Virus record (IMG/VR): IMGVR_UViG_3300045922_000293
Location: 49,161 to 113,160 of that record
Source: a virus
DNA length: 64,000 nt
Strand: one strand, 5' to 3'
Shown here: positions 18,548-27,516 of the stretch, one piece after another
Numbering within the stretch: the first letter of the stretch is position 1
Layout of the letters: every line of letters begins with the position of its first letter
Program-made: the position numbers and the translations under genes
The notes under the pieces: generated by a model
Seen by the model: the letters and a program-made list of their open reading frames with translations, nothing else
What the model was told of the DNA's origin: nothing
Database searches by the model: none

Positions 18548-19687
18548 ATGAGCAAGAGATTGATTATCTCCCATGCTGGGTGTAATGATGGTACATGGGC
18601 CGCGCATGTATGTCTAGCAAAATATCCTGATGCGAAGGTGTATTTTGCATCTTACCATCAAGACCCCCCTGATGTGACGGGTCTTGATGTGATCATGGTG
18701 GATTTTTCATATAAGCGAGCCGTTCTTCTTGATATGAAGGAGAAGGCAAACAGCTTGATTGTGTTGGACCATCATCTATCCGCTCAGGAGGATTTAGAGG
18801 GTCTTGATTTTTGCATCTTTGATCAAGAACATAGCGGCGCGGTCATGGCATGGTTGTATTTGTTCCCAGATCGCCCCGTGCCCGATCTTTTAAAGCGTGT
18901 GGAGGATTATGATCTTTGGCGGTTTCATTTTGAGGATACCAAGCGTGTAGTGCAGGGTATGTATTTGTACGGCAAAGATGATGTACAGCGTGAATTAGAT
19001 ATTGATGCTTTGCTTCAAGGTGTTGGTGACGATCGCCTGACCTTTTATGCAGATGTGGGCTCAGTGCTTGTCAAGTCTTCCAATCATGCGGTGTCGCGAT
19101 TAAAGAGCAAGGCCCATGATCTGAAGATAGGGGGGCATTGGGTCAAGGCTGTCAACACAACAGAATACGTCTCAGAATTAGGGGCCGAATTAGCTGCAAA
19201 GTCGAAATTCGCTGTGATTTGGAGTCTATCAAAGGATTCACAGCACATTCAATTATCTTTCAGATCGGATCGTGATAATCCGGACCATATCAAAGTGAAA
19301 GATATTGCGACATCATTAGGCGGGGGTGGTCATGAATATGCTTCAGGTGCTAAGATGACATTGTCAGAATTCTTGCTGTGTTTGAATCCTTATAGGAATG
19401 CACGTTCAGAGGCTTATAGGGAGATCACGCCGGATGCCGTGCTTGATTTCCTCAAGCATCACGGATGGATTGAGGTAGCTTCAACGGATTATAAGAGGGG
19501 GGAGGTGTATCAGCCTTTGTATAGCGTGTGGGATCTGCCCAAGACTGAATTTCAAGTCTTGGTGCCGCATGATCCTGAAAGGTCTGAATATACGCAGCGT
19601 ATGGCTGAAGTGGTGACACATCTTGCACAGGCACACCGTCGAGAGCGTCATGATATGATGTTCATGTTGATTCGTGGGTATAAGTGA
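18548..19687 (+). CDS. DHH/DHHA1 phosphoesterase (NrnA/NrnB-like) with an extra C-terminal domain
   Basis: H..C.DG, VDFS, LDHH, S.RS, GGGGH..ASG; about 90 extra residues after DHHA1. Confidence 0.85.
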   Translation: MSKRLIISHAGCNDGTWAAHVCLAKYPDAKVYFASYHQDPPDVTGLDVIMVDFSYKRAVLLDMKEKANSLIVLDHHLSAQEDLEGLDFCIFDQEHSGAVMAWLYLFPDRPVPDLLKRVEDYDLWRFHFEDTKRVVQGMYLYGKDDVQRELDIDALLQGVGDDRLTFYADVGSVLVKSSNHAVSRLKSKAHDLKIGGHWVKAVNTTEYVSELGAELAAKSKFAVIWSLSKDSQHIQLSFRSDRDNPDHIKVKDIATSLGGGGHEYASGAKMTLSEFLLCLNPYRNARSEAYREITPDAVLDFLKHHGWIEVASTDYKRGEVYQPLYSVWDLPKTEFQVLVPHDPERSEYTQRMAEVVTHLAQAHRRERHDMMFMLIRGYK

Positions 19688-20082
19688 TGCCGATATCCAA
19701 TATGAAGAATAATCAGGCTTTGACTTTCAAATGGGTGGTGGCGCATCCTTATTCAAAAAATCAAGTGAAGAATGTGCTGGTATTAGATGCCTTTGGGTTT
19801 CAGCCTAGTCTTGAGAGCCTTGACGTGTTTGAGCGTGATGTGCGTGAGGGGGGCTGGAAGGCATTTCGCGTGATTGTAAAAAAGGGTCAGATCACGTTTG
19901 CCATGATCTGGGATACAAAGCAAAAAGAATCGTATCTTGATTACATTTATACATGCGGCGTCTGGTCGGGGCGCATCTTGTCCTATCTTGAAACACATGT
20001 GAGCATCTCTGATACGATTCATGATGAAGAGGATGAAGAGGATGAAGAGGATCATGGGGAGGATCAGGAGGATGAGGATTAA
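19684..20082 (+). CDS. hypothetical protein with acidic tail
   Basis: Overlaps the previous stop; DEE repeats (gatgaagag x3). Confidence 0.65.
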   Translation: MMPISNMKNNQALTFKWVVAHPYSKNQVKNVLVLDAFGFQPSLESLDVFERDVREGGWKAFRVIVKKGQITFAMIWDTKQKESYLDYIYTCGVWSGRILSYLETHVSISDTIHDEEDEEDEEDHGEDQEDED

Positions 20083-20120
20083 GTGTTTTAATTTGAAGCA
20101 TCATAATAATCTGCCCTTTT

Positions 20121-20723
20121 TTGACAAGGTATTTTGTTATGATACGACACCTCGCTTTAGAATGCTTGTTCAAGCTGGCCTCCTTTCAATATGATCAAGA
20201 GCCTAGTGATCCCGCCCAATATCAACGTTGGTATGATCAACAACATGAGCACAACGTTGTTGTGGACGATTCATCAGGTCATAGTGAAATCTTGTCCCCC
20301 CGTGAGCCTTATTATGTGCGGGTAGCAGCGGCGATCCATCCGGATCTATCCCTAACAATTCAGCTTATTTCTAACATCTCAAAGAGTCTTACGGAAGGGC
20401 TTGACACATGGGATGAAGAGCGTGTAGAATTGTATCTGGATATGATTGAAGACCTTGCGGATTTTGCCGAAGATGTCTTTGATCTGGAACCCCTTGAAGA
20501 GGATCTAAGAGAAGTCTACGCTGTTACAAAAAGGCGGCGACCTTCTAAATCCACGGATTACCGTAAGTATCGCCAATATTGGCGTAAGAATCGTCAAAAG
20601 TATCGCCAAAAGAAGCGCAAACAGCGCTTAGATTATCGTAAAAATAAGAATAAAATCAAGCGTCGCCGCAAACTTTTAAAGAACCGCCCGAAGGGTCGTG
20701 TGAGAAAGCCACAAGCATTTTAG
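20121..20723 (+). CDS. hypothetical protein with very basic C-terminal tail (possible nucleic-acid binding)
   Basis: KYRQYWRKNRQKYRQKKRKQRLDYRKNKNKIKRRRK. Confidence 0.7.
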   Translation: MTRYFVMIRHLALECLFKLASFQYDQEPSDPAQYQRWYDQQHEHNVVVDDSSGHSEILSPREPYYVRVAAAIHPDLSLTIQLISNISKSLTEGLDTWDEERVELYLDMIEDLADFAEDVFDLEPLEEDLREVYAVTKRRRPSKSTDYRKYRQYWRKNRQKYRQKKRKQRLDYRKNKNKIKRRRKLLKNRPKGRVRKPQAF

Positions 20724-20751
20724 TACCGGAATGCATGTAGGAGACTAGCTA

Positions 20752-22380
20752 ATGAGTGATGAGAAAAAGGTTCATTCCCCCTTCTTCGAGAACATAGGTC
20801 CAGATGCCCCACCTGATGCAAATGCTAAACACGGATGGATGGGTTTTTTTCGGAACAAACTCAAAGAAGCCTCAGACTTTTTGAATCGTGATGATGTAGA
20901 GACTGTGCGCGAGGTTGCTACGGATATCTTCGAGGTGGCGTCGAGTATTGACCCCAAAAAGCCTTTGACCTATGCATTAGGGGCTGTACAGCTTGTGAAC
21001 GTAGCCGCCTCCTACTTAGAAGATACGGGTGTTCAAACCCCATTTGATATTGAGTGGTATACCATAGTTAATCGAAGTCACCCACTTATCTCAGGGGATT
21101 TGGCGTTATTTTTCTTTGAGGATCTTGATTCCCTGGGCTTCAAAACCCTGATGCTCAGTCATTCTAAAAGTAAATCGAAGGCTGTTAAGGCCAAGGATGC
21201 TGACCAGTCAAAAAATAACAGTAATGTGTCTTATGCGATTTATTGCTATGAGTTTTCTCCCGATGTGAAGATTTATTTCAAGGGGAGTACAGCGTATAAG
21301 TCGATGCCGAAGACGGACGGTGCGCGCTTTGATTATACGATTTATATAGATAACGGGATACCCCCTGTGGGGTATGATTCTCGCGACCCTCTTCAAAAGA
21401 AGCGCTGGGATGAAGCAGCACAGCGTGTGTTTTCGGTCCTAGCAAAGAAGGTGTGGACACGTTATTCTAATCATATCGAGATTTGTTGGGATGATATGAA
21501 GGGGAGTGTCATTTTTAAGAACAGGGAGGAGCCCCCTTGGGGTTATAAAGGGGATCGCGGTACCAAGTTGATTGACCAATGGGGTAAGTTTCTTCAGGCG
21601 GGCATCCGCCGTGCTGTCGTCCTACATGGCCCTCCGGGTAATGGTAAGAGTACGTTAGCGCGCGAGGCCGCGAAGCGGTTAGGGCGTAAAACCTTGTACA
21701 TACCTTTAGACACGCTGGATAAATCCCCGAGCTGGTATCTTGAGAGTGTGTTAGGAATCTTATCCCCCGAAATCGTGATCGTAGATGATCTTGATCGACT
21801 TGGGACAGGGAAGCTCTCCAAGCTGCTCGCTCTTTTTGAGGAGAATGTAAGTCTCCTGTCAAAAGTACCCCTAGTCATCGCGACCACAAATGATATCACC
21901 CGTTTGCCCAGTGCTCTGCGGCGCCCTGGCCGCTTTGATGAGGTGTGGTCAGTCACAGCCCCCGATCATGAAATGTTAGGGGATCTGATCTATCACCTTG
22001 CACAAGAAGAAAAGTGCTCACTTGGCGAGGGAGCTTATGAGCGAATCTTTGAGATGGCATCCAATTTGAGTCTGAGTGGGGCTCATATTCGCGAGTTATT
22101 AAGACGCGTGAAGGTCTTGGGCATTACGGCCCTTGACATTTCATCTGAAGATCTGACTTTCTCGGGGGATTTTTTTCTTGATGATGAAGAGATCGGTTCG
22201 GAAGACGATTGTAATGACGACGAGGAGGAGTTGATGGAAGGGGACGATGATGAGGAGGAGTTGATGGAAGGGGACGATGATGAAAGTGATCCTACCTCTG
22301 ATCGCCATCTTTATGCTGCTGCGAGATCCCGCACAAGAGATCGTAAAGGTGCCTACAATCTAAAGCCAAGGGAATTTTAA
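20752..22380 (+). CDS. classical AAA+ ATPase with acidic tail
   Basis: Walker A GPPGNGKS, Walker B IVDDLD, ATTN..L.SAL.RPGRFD, SGA.I. Confidence 0.9.
   Translation: MSDEKKVHSPFFENIGPDAPPDANAKHGWMGFFRNKLKEASDFLNRDDVETVREVATDIFEVASSIDPKKPLTYALGAVQLVNVAASYLEDTGVQTPFDIEWYTIVNRSHPLISGDLALFFFEDLDSLGFKTLMLSHSKSKSKAVKAKDADQSKNNSNVSYAIYCYEFSPDVKIYFKGSTAYKSMPKTDGARFDYTIYIDNGIPPVGYDSRDPLQKKRWDEAAQRVFSVLAKKVWTRYSNHIEICWDDMKGSVIFKNREEPPWGYKGDRGTKLIDQWGKFLQAGIRRAVVLHGPPGNGKSTLAREAAKRLGRKTLYIPLDTLDKSPSWYLESVLGILSPEIVIVDDLDRLGTGKLSKLLALFEENVSLLSKVPLVIATTNDITRLPSALRRPGRFDEVWSVTAPDHEMLGDLIYHLAQEEKCSLGEGAYERIFEMASNLSLSGAHIRELLRRVKVLGITALDISSEDLTFSGDFFLDDEEIGSEDDCNDDEEELMEGDDDEEELMEGDDDESDPTSDRHLYAAARSRTRDRKGAYNLKPREF
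22222..22281 (+). repeat. perfect 30-bp tandem duplication (EEELMEGDDD x2)
   Basis: gaggaggagttgatggaaggggacgatgat occurs twice in tandem. Confidence 0.95.
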
Positions 22381-22381
22381 C

Positions 22382-22672
22382 ATGTCTTCTTGTTATTGGG
22401 CGAGCCAAGGTCAATGTCTCCTCACAAAGCTACCTTGTGAGAGTGTTTTGGAGATTTTACACACGGTTCCAAACGCACGTCATGATCTTTTGAATTGTGC
22501 TCTAAATTGTGCTCAAAACGTGAATCCATTGTATTTAGAGTATGTGAATCAGGTGGGTTTGATTCAAGATCCATCTGATCAGAGTGCTTTGTTCCAGAAG
22601 AAGATCGGCAATAAGTTTGTGGATAACCATAGAAACATGCCTGATATGCGACTGCCTAAGAAGAATTCTTAA
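22382..22672 (+). CDS. hypothetical Cys-containing protein
   Basis: ATG immediately after the previous stop. Confidence 0.55.
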   Translation: MSSCYWASQGQCLLTKLPCESVLEILHTVPNARHDLLNCALNCAQNVNPLYLEYVNQVGLIQDPSDQSALFQKKIGNKFVDNHRNMPDMRLPKKNS

Positions 22673-22727
22673 CCATATATGATCACGATACCTTACCTAC
22701 ACGACGCCGTAAGGCAAATAAACCCCC

Positions 22728-22979
22728 ATGACATCAAAACGAGACAATGTGGTCTTAATTCAAGGTCTTTTGAGGCAAAATGAAATTCTGTCTCAAAGAC
22801 TGGATCAATTAGAATCTGAATTGTCTGAATTGAAAGAAATTCACTCTTTGACCAGTGATATGTTTGTGAATGTGATGTTGGATATGTTAAAAATAGCACA
22901 GCCTAAAAAGGCGTGGCTTGATCTCTACCTCAAATCCCGTGAGAATTTCTTGAATCAGGCTGGGGATGAGGATAAATAG
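22728..22979 (+). CDS. hypothetical coiled-coil protein
   Basis: Heptad-like LSQRLDQLESELSELKE. Confidence 0.6.
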   Translation: MTSKRDNVVLIQGLLRQNEILSQRLDQLESELSELKEIHSLTSDMFVNVMLDMLKIAQPKKAWLDLYLKSRENFLNQAGDEDK

Positions 22980-23052
22980 GATATAAACGCGATTCCGTCG
23001 CCTCATTTTCCAAAGAAATGGGGCGTGGGTATAAAAAGATGGAGACCCTAAG

Positions 23053-23427
23053 ATGCCATTTGATTACATTCCGTTATCCGATAATGAGATTGATGTGGTG
23101 CATAAGATGGTGGATGGGCAAGAGCTTTATGTTGAGGTCGTGGGCTGGGGCTACCATCCGAGCCCTAAGATCATTGCAGGTGATAAGCGTATTCAGGTTC
23201 GCTTTCCACTTGAATTCAACCGCCCGGATTTCAGTGTGCCCGTGCATTACTTTGATATCGCCTTAAAGTTGAGGAACGGGCGTGAGGTATACAAGGATCG
23301 TCTCCCCGTATCAGACCCGTATCAAGGTGGCCCCGTGATGATTACAGCGGGCGTGTTGCTAGATATGGTATGGGATATCAGCGTGGGTGCGATCTCACCT
23401 GATTTCTTGCGCTATATGGGTAAGTAA
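23053..23427 (+). CDS. hypothetical protein
   Basis: GGAG RBS, globular beta-rich composition. Confidence 0.7.
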   Translation: MPFDYIPLSDNEIDVVHKMVDGQELYVEVVGWGYHPSPKIIAGDKRIQVRFPLEFNRPDFSVPVHYFDIALKLRNGREVYKDRLPVSDPYQGGPVMITAGVLLDMVWDISVGAISPDFLRYMGK

Positions 23428-23637
23428 ATGGCAGGTTTTCTTCGACCACAGCGCCCCTTAGATAAAACGATCTACTGGCGCGAGCTTAAAGTCTATGCGC
23501 TTTCACGGTTGGATGAACACGCATGGCAATATGAATTCTTGACGCAGTGTCAAGATGATGAGGATGCGCTCCGGCGTTTATCTTGGATCACAAAAACAGA
23601 TATTGAAAGGGATACTGTACAACATGGCAAGCCGTAA
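23428..23637 (+). CDS. hypothetical protein
   Basis: ATG directly follows the previous TAA. Confidence 0.55.
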   Translation: MAGFLRPQRPLDKTIYWRELKVYALSRLDEHAWQYEFLTQCQDDEDALRRLSWITKTDIERDTVQHGKP

Positions 23638-23917
23638 GAAGACGAATGAGACGATGAATGATAGTGTACTCCAACATCATCCCGTGGCACGCACGGATAC
23701 AGATATTTATATTTTATATGTGGGCACCCCGTCCTCCCATCAAACACTCAAGGTCAGGGCGGATCAGATCGTGGGCTTTCTTGTGAAGGGTGACCACCCT
23801 GAGCGCGTGTACCTCAAGGGGGGGCATTCTATTGATCTCACGCCTTCTGTTCGCAATCACATTGACGCCGCCCAGCATAACTTTGAGGTGATGCAGAGAT
23901 GGGAATCGGGGGACTAA
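23624..23917 (+). CDS. hypothetical protein
   Basis: AAGGGA upstream of ATG 23624; overlaps the previous stop. Confidence 0.55.
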   Translation: MASRKKTNETMNDSVLQHHPVARTDTDIYILYVGTPSSHQTLKVRADQIVGFLVKGDHPERVYLKGGHSIDLTPSVRNHIDAAQHNFEVMQRWESGD

Positions 23918-24279
23918 GGCTCGCCTAGAGGGGCATGAAATACCAGCGTTAACTTCACATCACGGTTATAATAACGCTGGTATTTTTGTGCTAATCCCTT
24001 AGCTTCAGGGTACCAAATATCTTGATACATGTCTTTGAAGCCTTCACATGGGGGCCAAAGATCGATGACAAAGCAGAGAGAAGCCCCCCCATCATTGCTG
24101 ACCTCACGTATGCGCGGCAACATGTCAAGAAAGACACAAAAGCTCAATGACGACAGATAGGAATCCATGACGCGATGCGCAGCCATCGGGCTAGGCACTT
24201 GGTCCAAATCTTCCGGCATTGTGGTTATTTCACCTAACATAAGCATCCCCCCTTCTTTGATCTCTATCAATTTCAGCAC
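23914..24279 (-). CDS. hypothetical protein
   Basis: Coupled to 24273-24758 on the minus strand; the start may be ~30 nt internal (AGGGGG RBS). Confidence 0.6.
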   Translation of the reverse strand: MLKLIEIKEGGMLMLGEITTMPEDLDQVPSPMAAHRVMDSYLSSLSFCVFLDMLPRIREVSNDGGASLCFVIDLWPPCEGFKDMYQDIWYPEAKGLAQKYQRYYNRDVKLTLVFHAPLGEP

Positions 24280-24758
24280 ACAGGATATCGGACCCGATCC
24301 GATGACAGGTCGGGGAAGTGTTTGACCACTTCATGTTTGCAGAAGTCTTTAAATTCCTTCCACATGCTGACATAAGGGCGTTGATATTTATCGCCGATCT
24401 CCCGCCACGTCATCTCTTGAATGACGAGATCCGTGAGAACGAATTCATAGCCTTGCTGTACACAAAAGTGGTAGACTCGCTGCGCATCCATAAACATTTC
24501 AGTTGATACATGATACGAGCCCAAATCTCCTCTCATCTTCACATGATGCTCTACATGTTTTTGATGCCTCCTCGCATGTGATCCACAACGGGTGGCGGTG
24601 AGCTTGATCGCGTTGCGGATATGATCGAGGCTCTCATAAGAGCTTTTCTTAGCGAGCAGTTTGCAAATGGCCTCCTGAATCCAGTCCCCCTCTAAATTTT
24701 TAGGGAAGGTGTCAAGCATGGAAGCCCATTGCTGATCTGTGAGATCAGTCATGTACAT
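24273..24758 (-). CDS. putative sigma-factor-like / HTH transcription regulator
   Basis: C-terminal L...MTWREIGDKYQRPYVSMWK resembles a sigma region-4 HTH; ECF-like size. Confidence 0.45.
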   Translation of the reverse strand: MYMTDLTDQQWASMLDTFPKNLEGDWIQEAICKLLAKKSSYESLDHIRNAIKLTATRCGSHARRHQKHVEHHVKMRGDLGSYHVSTEMFMDAQRVYHFCVQQGYEFVLTDLVIQEMTWREIGDKYQRPYVSMWKEFKDFCKHEVVKHFPDLSSDRVRYPVC

Positions 24759-25004
24759 GTTGAATCCATATTGTTTAAAGGGTTCTTAGGGTGCGTACCC
24801 TGAGTGTTTTGGGCCAGATGAAGGCATGGGGATACGCGTGGATAGAAGAACACTAGGTGCGCGTAGCACACGTATAACGATAACGCCATACACTTCATCA
24901 CGCAATATTAAAAAACGTGTTAAGTACGTCTACAAAAATATTGACAGGGCCATCTTTAAGATAGCTTTCAATGAACATGTTGATATACAATGAGAAAATT
25001 TCAA

Positions 25005-25031
25005 TTGCAAATCCATGAGCCTTGTTATAAT
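25005..25031 (+). promoter_or_regulatory. putative promoter (extended -10 TGnTATAAT; copy 2 of the TTG-N7-RTGA motif)
   Basis: TTGcaaatccATGAgcCTTGtTATAAT in the AT-rich divergent intergenic region before gyrB. Confidence 0.6.
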
Positions 25032-25101
25032 TTCAAGGTCGTGTAGCGCCTATCGAAAGCCTGCGCTGTCACCTCTACGTCGCATCCATGGGGATCCCGT
25101 C

Positions 25102-26988
25102 ATGACTCAACCCGCCGCCGCCTACACCTCGGATGATATCAAACACCTTAGTGAGCGCGAGGCTGTCCGCCTCCGCCCCCACATGTACATTGGTTCCACA
25201 GATAGACGTGGCCTGCATCATGTGGTCGCTGAGATTTTGGACAATGCTTGCGATGAGGCTTTGAACAAGCACGCGAATGTCATCACGGTCGATGTGTCCT
25301 CCGATGGTGGGTACGTATCGATAGAGGATAACGGTCGTGGCATCCCATCGGAGCCTAACAAGGAAGGGGTGAGGGGTGTGGAACTCGTGTTCACGAAACT
25401 TCACGCGGGAGGCAAATTCGGGGATTCAAGTGCTTACGGGTCTTCTGGGGGTCTTCACGGCGTCGGCGCTAGCCTAGCCAATTTCTTATCAACGCGTCTT
25501 GAGGTGGATATCTGGCGATCAGGAATGCACACAAGATTCATCACCGTGGATGGTGAGTTTGAATCCGTTGAGGATCACCCCAGTCAAGATAAGAAGCGCG
25601 GCACGAAAGTCACATTCTACCCACTTTTTTCAAGATTTGAATGTGATCGTCTTGAATATGAAGACATCAAGACCATGATCGAAAATAAGGCATATTTGTT
25701 ATCCGGCGTGAAATTCATCCTCATGCGTGGGGGATCTAATCCCCACGTGATTTATTTTGAAGACGGGATGCGCGCTCTCTATGATCTGTGTAAAGATGGC
25801 TTGGATCAGGTACATCAACCGGAGTTGATCCTTGATCAAGAATATGAGGGATTCCAGGTCAAAGCCCGTATAGGATGGGTGTACAGCCGTGAATATGATC
25901 GTAAGACGTTCGTGAACATGATCCCAACACAGGACGGTGGGACGCATGAGCAGGCGTGTTTGAGCGGTCTTTTAACCGCCTGTAGGGCGCTAGAGCAGGG
26001 GAAGAAGCCTGTGTTAAGTCTTGAGGATGTACGCGGGGGCCTTCGGCTTGTTCTCAGTCTGACCGCCCCGAAAATAGCTTTTGAAGGGAATCTCAAAGCC
26101 AAATTATACACACCCGAATATTTATCTCCGCTCACACGAGTGTTCCAGCGTCATGTTGAACAGTATTTTGTGGACTACCCACAACAGGCCAAGATCCTGC
26201 TTGAATTCATGCTTGAGACAAGGCGTCTGCGCCTCCATCAAAAGGCCCAGAAGGATACATCATCTAGGAAGTCCCCCGTTTTGAATCTCCCCGCCAAGCT
26301 GGCGGACTGTCTACATGCCGATCCTGTCAAGCGCGAGCTTATCTTAGTCGAAGGGGATAGCGCGGGGGGTAACGCAAAGCAGGGTAGGGATCGGCACACA
26401 CAGGCAATTTTACCCCTTCGCGGCAAGATTCTGAACACCGAGCGCATGAGTGCTGAGGATATTTTAAAAAATAAGGAAATTCAGGCTATTGTGGACTCTT
26501 TGGGGTGTGGAATAGGTAAGAACTATGTGTATGAGCATGTGCGCTATCACAAGATCATTCTCTTGATGGATGCGGATAGCGATGGGGGTCATATTTTGAG
26601 CTTGATCTTAACGTTTTTCTACCGCCATCTTCCCGATCTTATCAAGCGCGGCCACGTCTTCATCGCGCAGCCCCCGCTGTTTGCGGTATCCTATAAAAAT
26701 GAAAAATTTTGGGCGCTCACGATAGAAGATCGCGATCGTCTCTTGAAGACCTACCCCAAAGCGGAAGTGTCCCGCTTCAAAGGCTTGGGGGAGATGCGCG
26801 CCCAAGACCTCAAAGCAACGACACTTGATGCAGCTAGCCGTCAGATCATCCCCGTGGCGTGGCCAGCGAATACGGATGAGGTCAAAGAATGTGATGATAT
26901 TTTTGAGGCCCTGATGGGAAAGCACGCATCCTTGCGATCCGATGCAATTGCGGCCTATATGAAAGATCATGCTACGGAAGACATTTGA
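25102..26988 (+). CDS. gyrB: type IIA topoisomerase subunit B (GyrB/ParE-like)
   Basis: EAVR.RP.MYIG, EI.DNA.DE, DNGRGIP, GGLHGVG, EGDSA, PLRGKILN, D.D.DG, RFKGLGEM; ATG 25102 preferred over 25015. Confidence 0.93.
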   Translation: MTQPAAAYTSDDIKHLSEREAVRLRPHMYIGSTDRRGLHHVVAEILDNACDEALNKHANVITVDVSSDGGYVSIEDNGRGIPSEPNKEGVRGVELVFTKLHAGGKFGDSSAYGSSGGLHGVGASLANFLSTRLEVDIWRSGMHTRFITVDGEFESVEDHPSQDKKRGTKVTFYPLFSRFECDRLEYEDIKTMIENKAYLLSGVKFILMRGGSNPHVIYFEDGMRALYDLCKDGLDQVHQPELILDQEYEGFQVKARIGWVYSREYDRKTFVNMIPTQDGGTHEQACLSGLLTACRALEQGKKPVLSLEDVRGGLRLVLSLTAPKIAFEGNLKAKLYTPEYLSPLTRVFQRHVEQYFVDYPQQAKILLEFMLETRRLRLHQKAQKDTSSRKSPVLNLPAKLADCLHADPVKRELILVEGDSAGGNAKQGRDRHTQAILPLRGKILNTERMSAEDILKNKEIQAIVDSLGCGIGKNYVYEHVRYHKIILLMDADSDGGHILSLILTFFYRHLPDLIKRGHVFIAQPPLFAVSYKNEKFWALTIEDRDRLLKTYPKAEVSRFKGLGEMRAQDLKATTLDAASRQIIPVAWPANTDEVKECDDIFEALMGKHASLRSDAIAAYMKDHATEDI

Positions 26989-27502
26989 AGCGTTGAATGA
27001 GTTCTTGCAAGACACGCATCGTCTCCGCTGCATCGGCCACAGCTCTGTGCCTGCCTTCAAGTGTAGGCACGCCTAATGCCGTCGCCACCGCCTGAAGGCT
27101 TTGTTTAGAAGGCTTATCAAAATCCACTATCATGGTATAGGCATTGTATAAGACCCGCATATCCTTCCATGTGTATTGTGATAAAACATGGGACTTCATA
27201 CGGAGGCGTCGTAAAGATTTACGAAGGACTTTATCGTCATTCCCCCAGAACCATAGGGATATGGGCTCTTTGAATTCACTTAGCCATGAAAAGAAATCCT
27301 CTAAGCCTTCTTGCTCAGAGGGGCAATGCTCAAGCATCTCATTGGTAATCCCCGTGAATTTAGTGATCATATGAGAAAGTTTTCGCGCTGGTTTGAGCAT
27401 GATGTGGTATTCAGTTTTTATGCACGCGTCTGTATAGGATACGACGCCTATCTCAATAATCTCCCCCGTATCAGCCATTTCAAGATCAAGCACAAGATTC
27501 AT
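26972..27502 (-). CDS. DEDDh 3'-5' exonuclease (DnaQ/KapD-like)
   Basis: VLDLE, EIIEIG, TGIT...L, WG.DD, HRA..DA. Confidence 0.88.
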   Translation of the reverse strand: MNLVLDLEMADTGEIIEIGVVSYTDACIKTEYHIMLKPARKLSHMITKFTGITNEMLEHCPSEQEGLEDFFSWLSEFKEPISLWFWGNDDKVLRKSLRRLRMKSHVLSQYTWKDMRVLYNAYTMIVDFDKPSKQSLQAVATALGVPTLEGRHRAVADAAETMRVLQELIQRFKCLP

Positions 27503-27516
27503 AGGATTTCATCACG

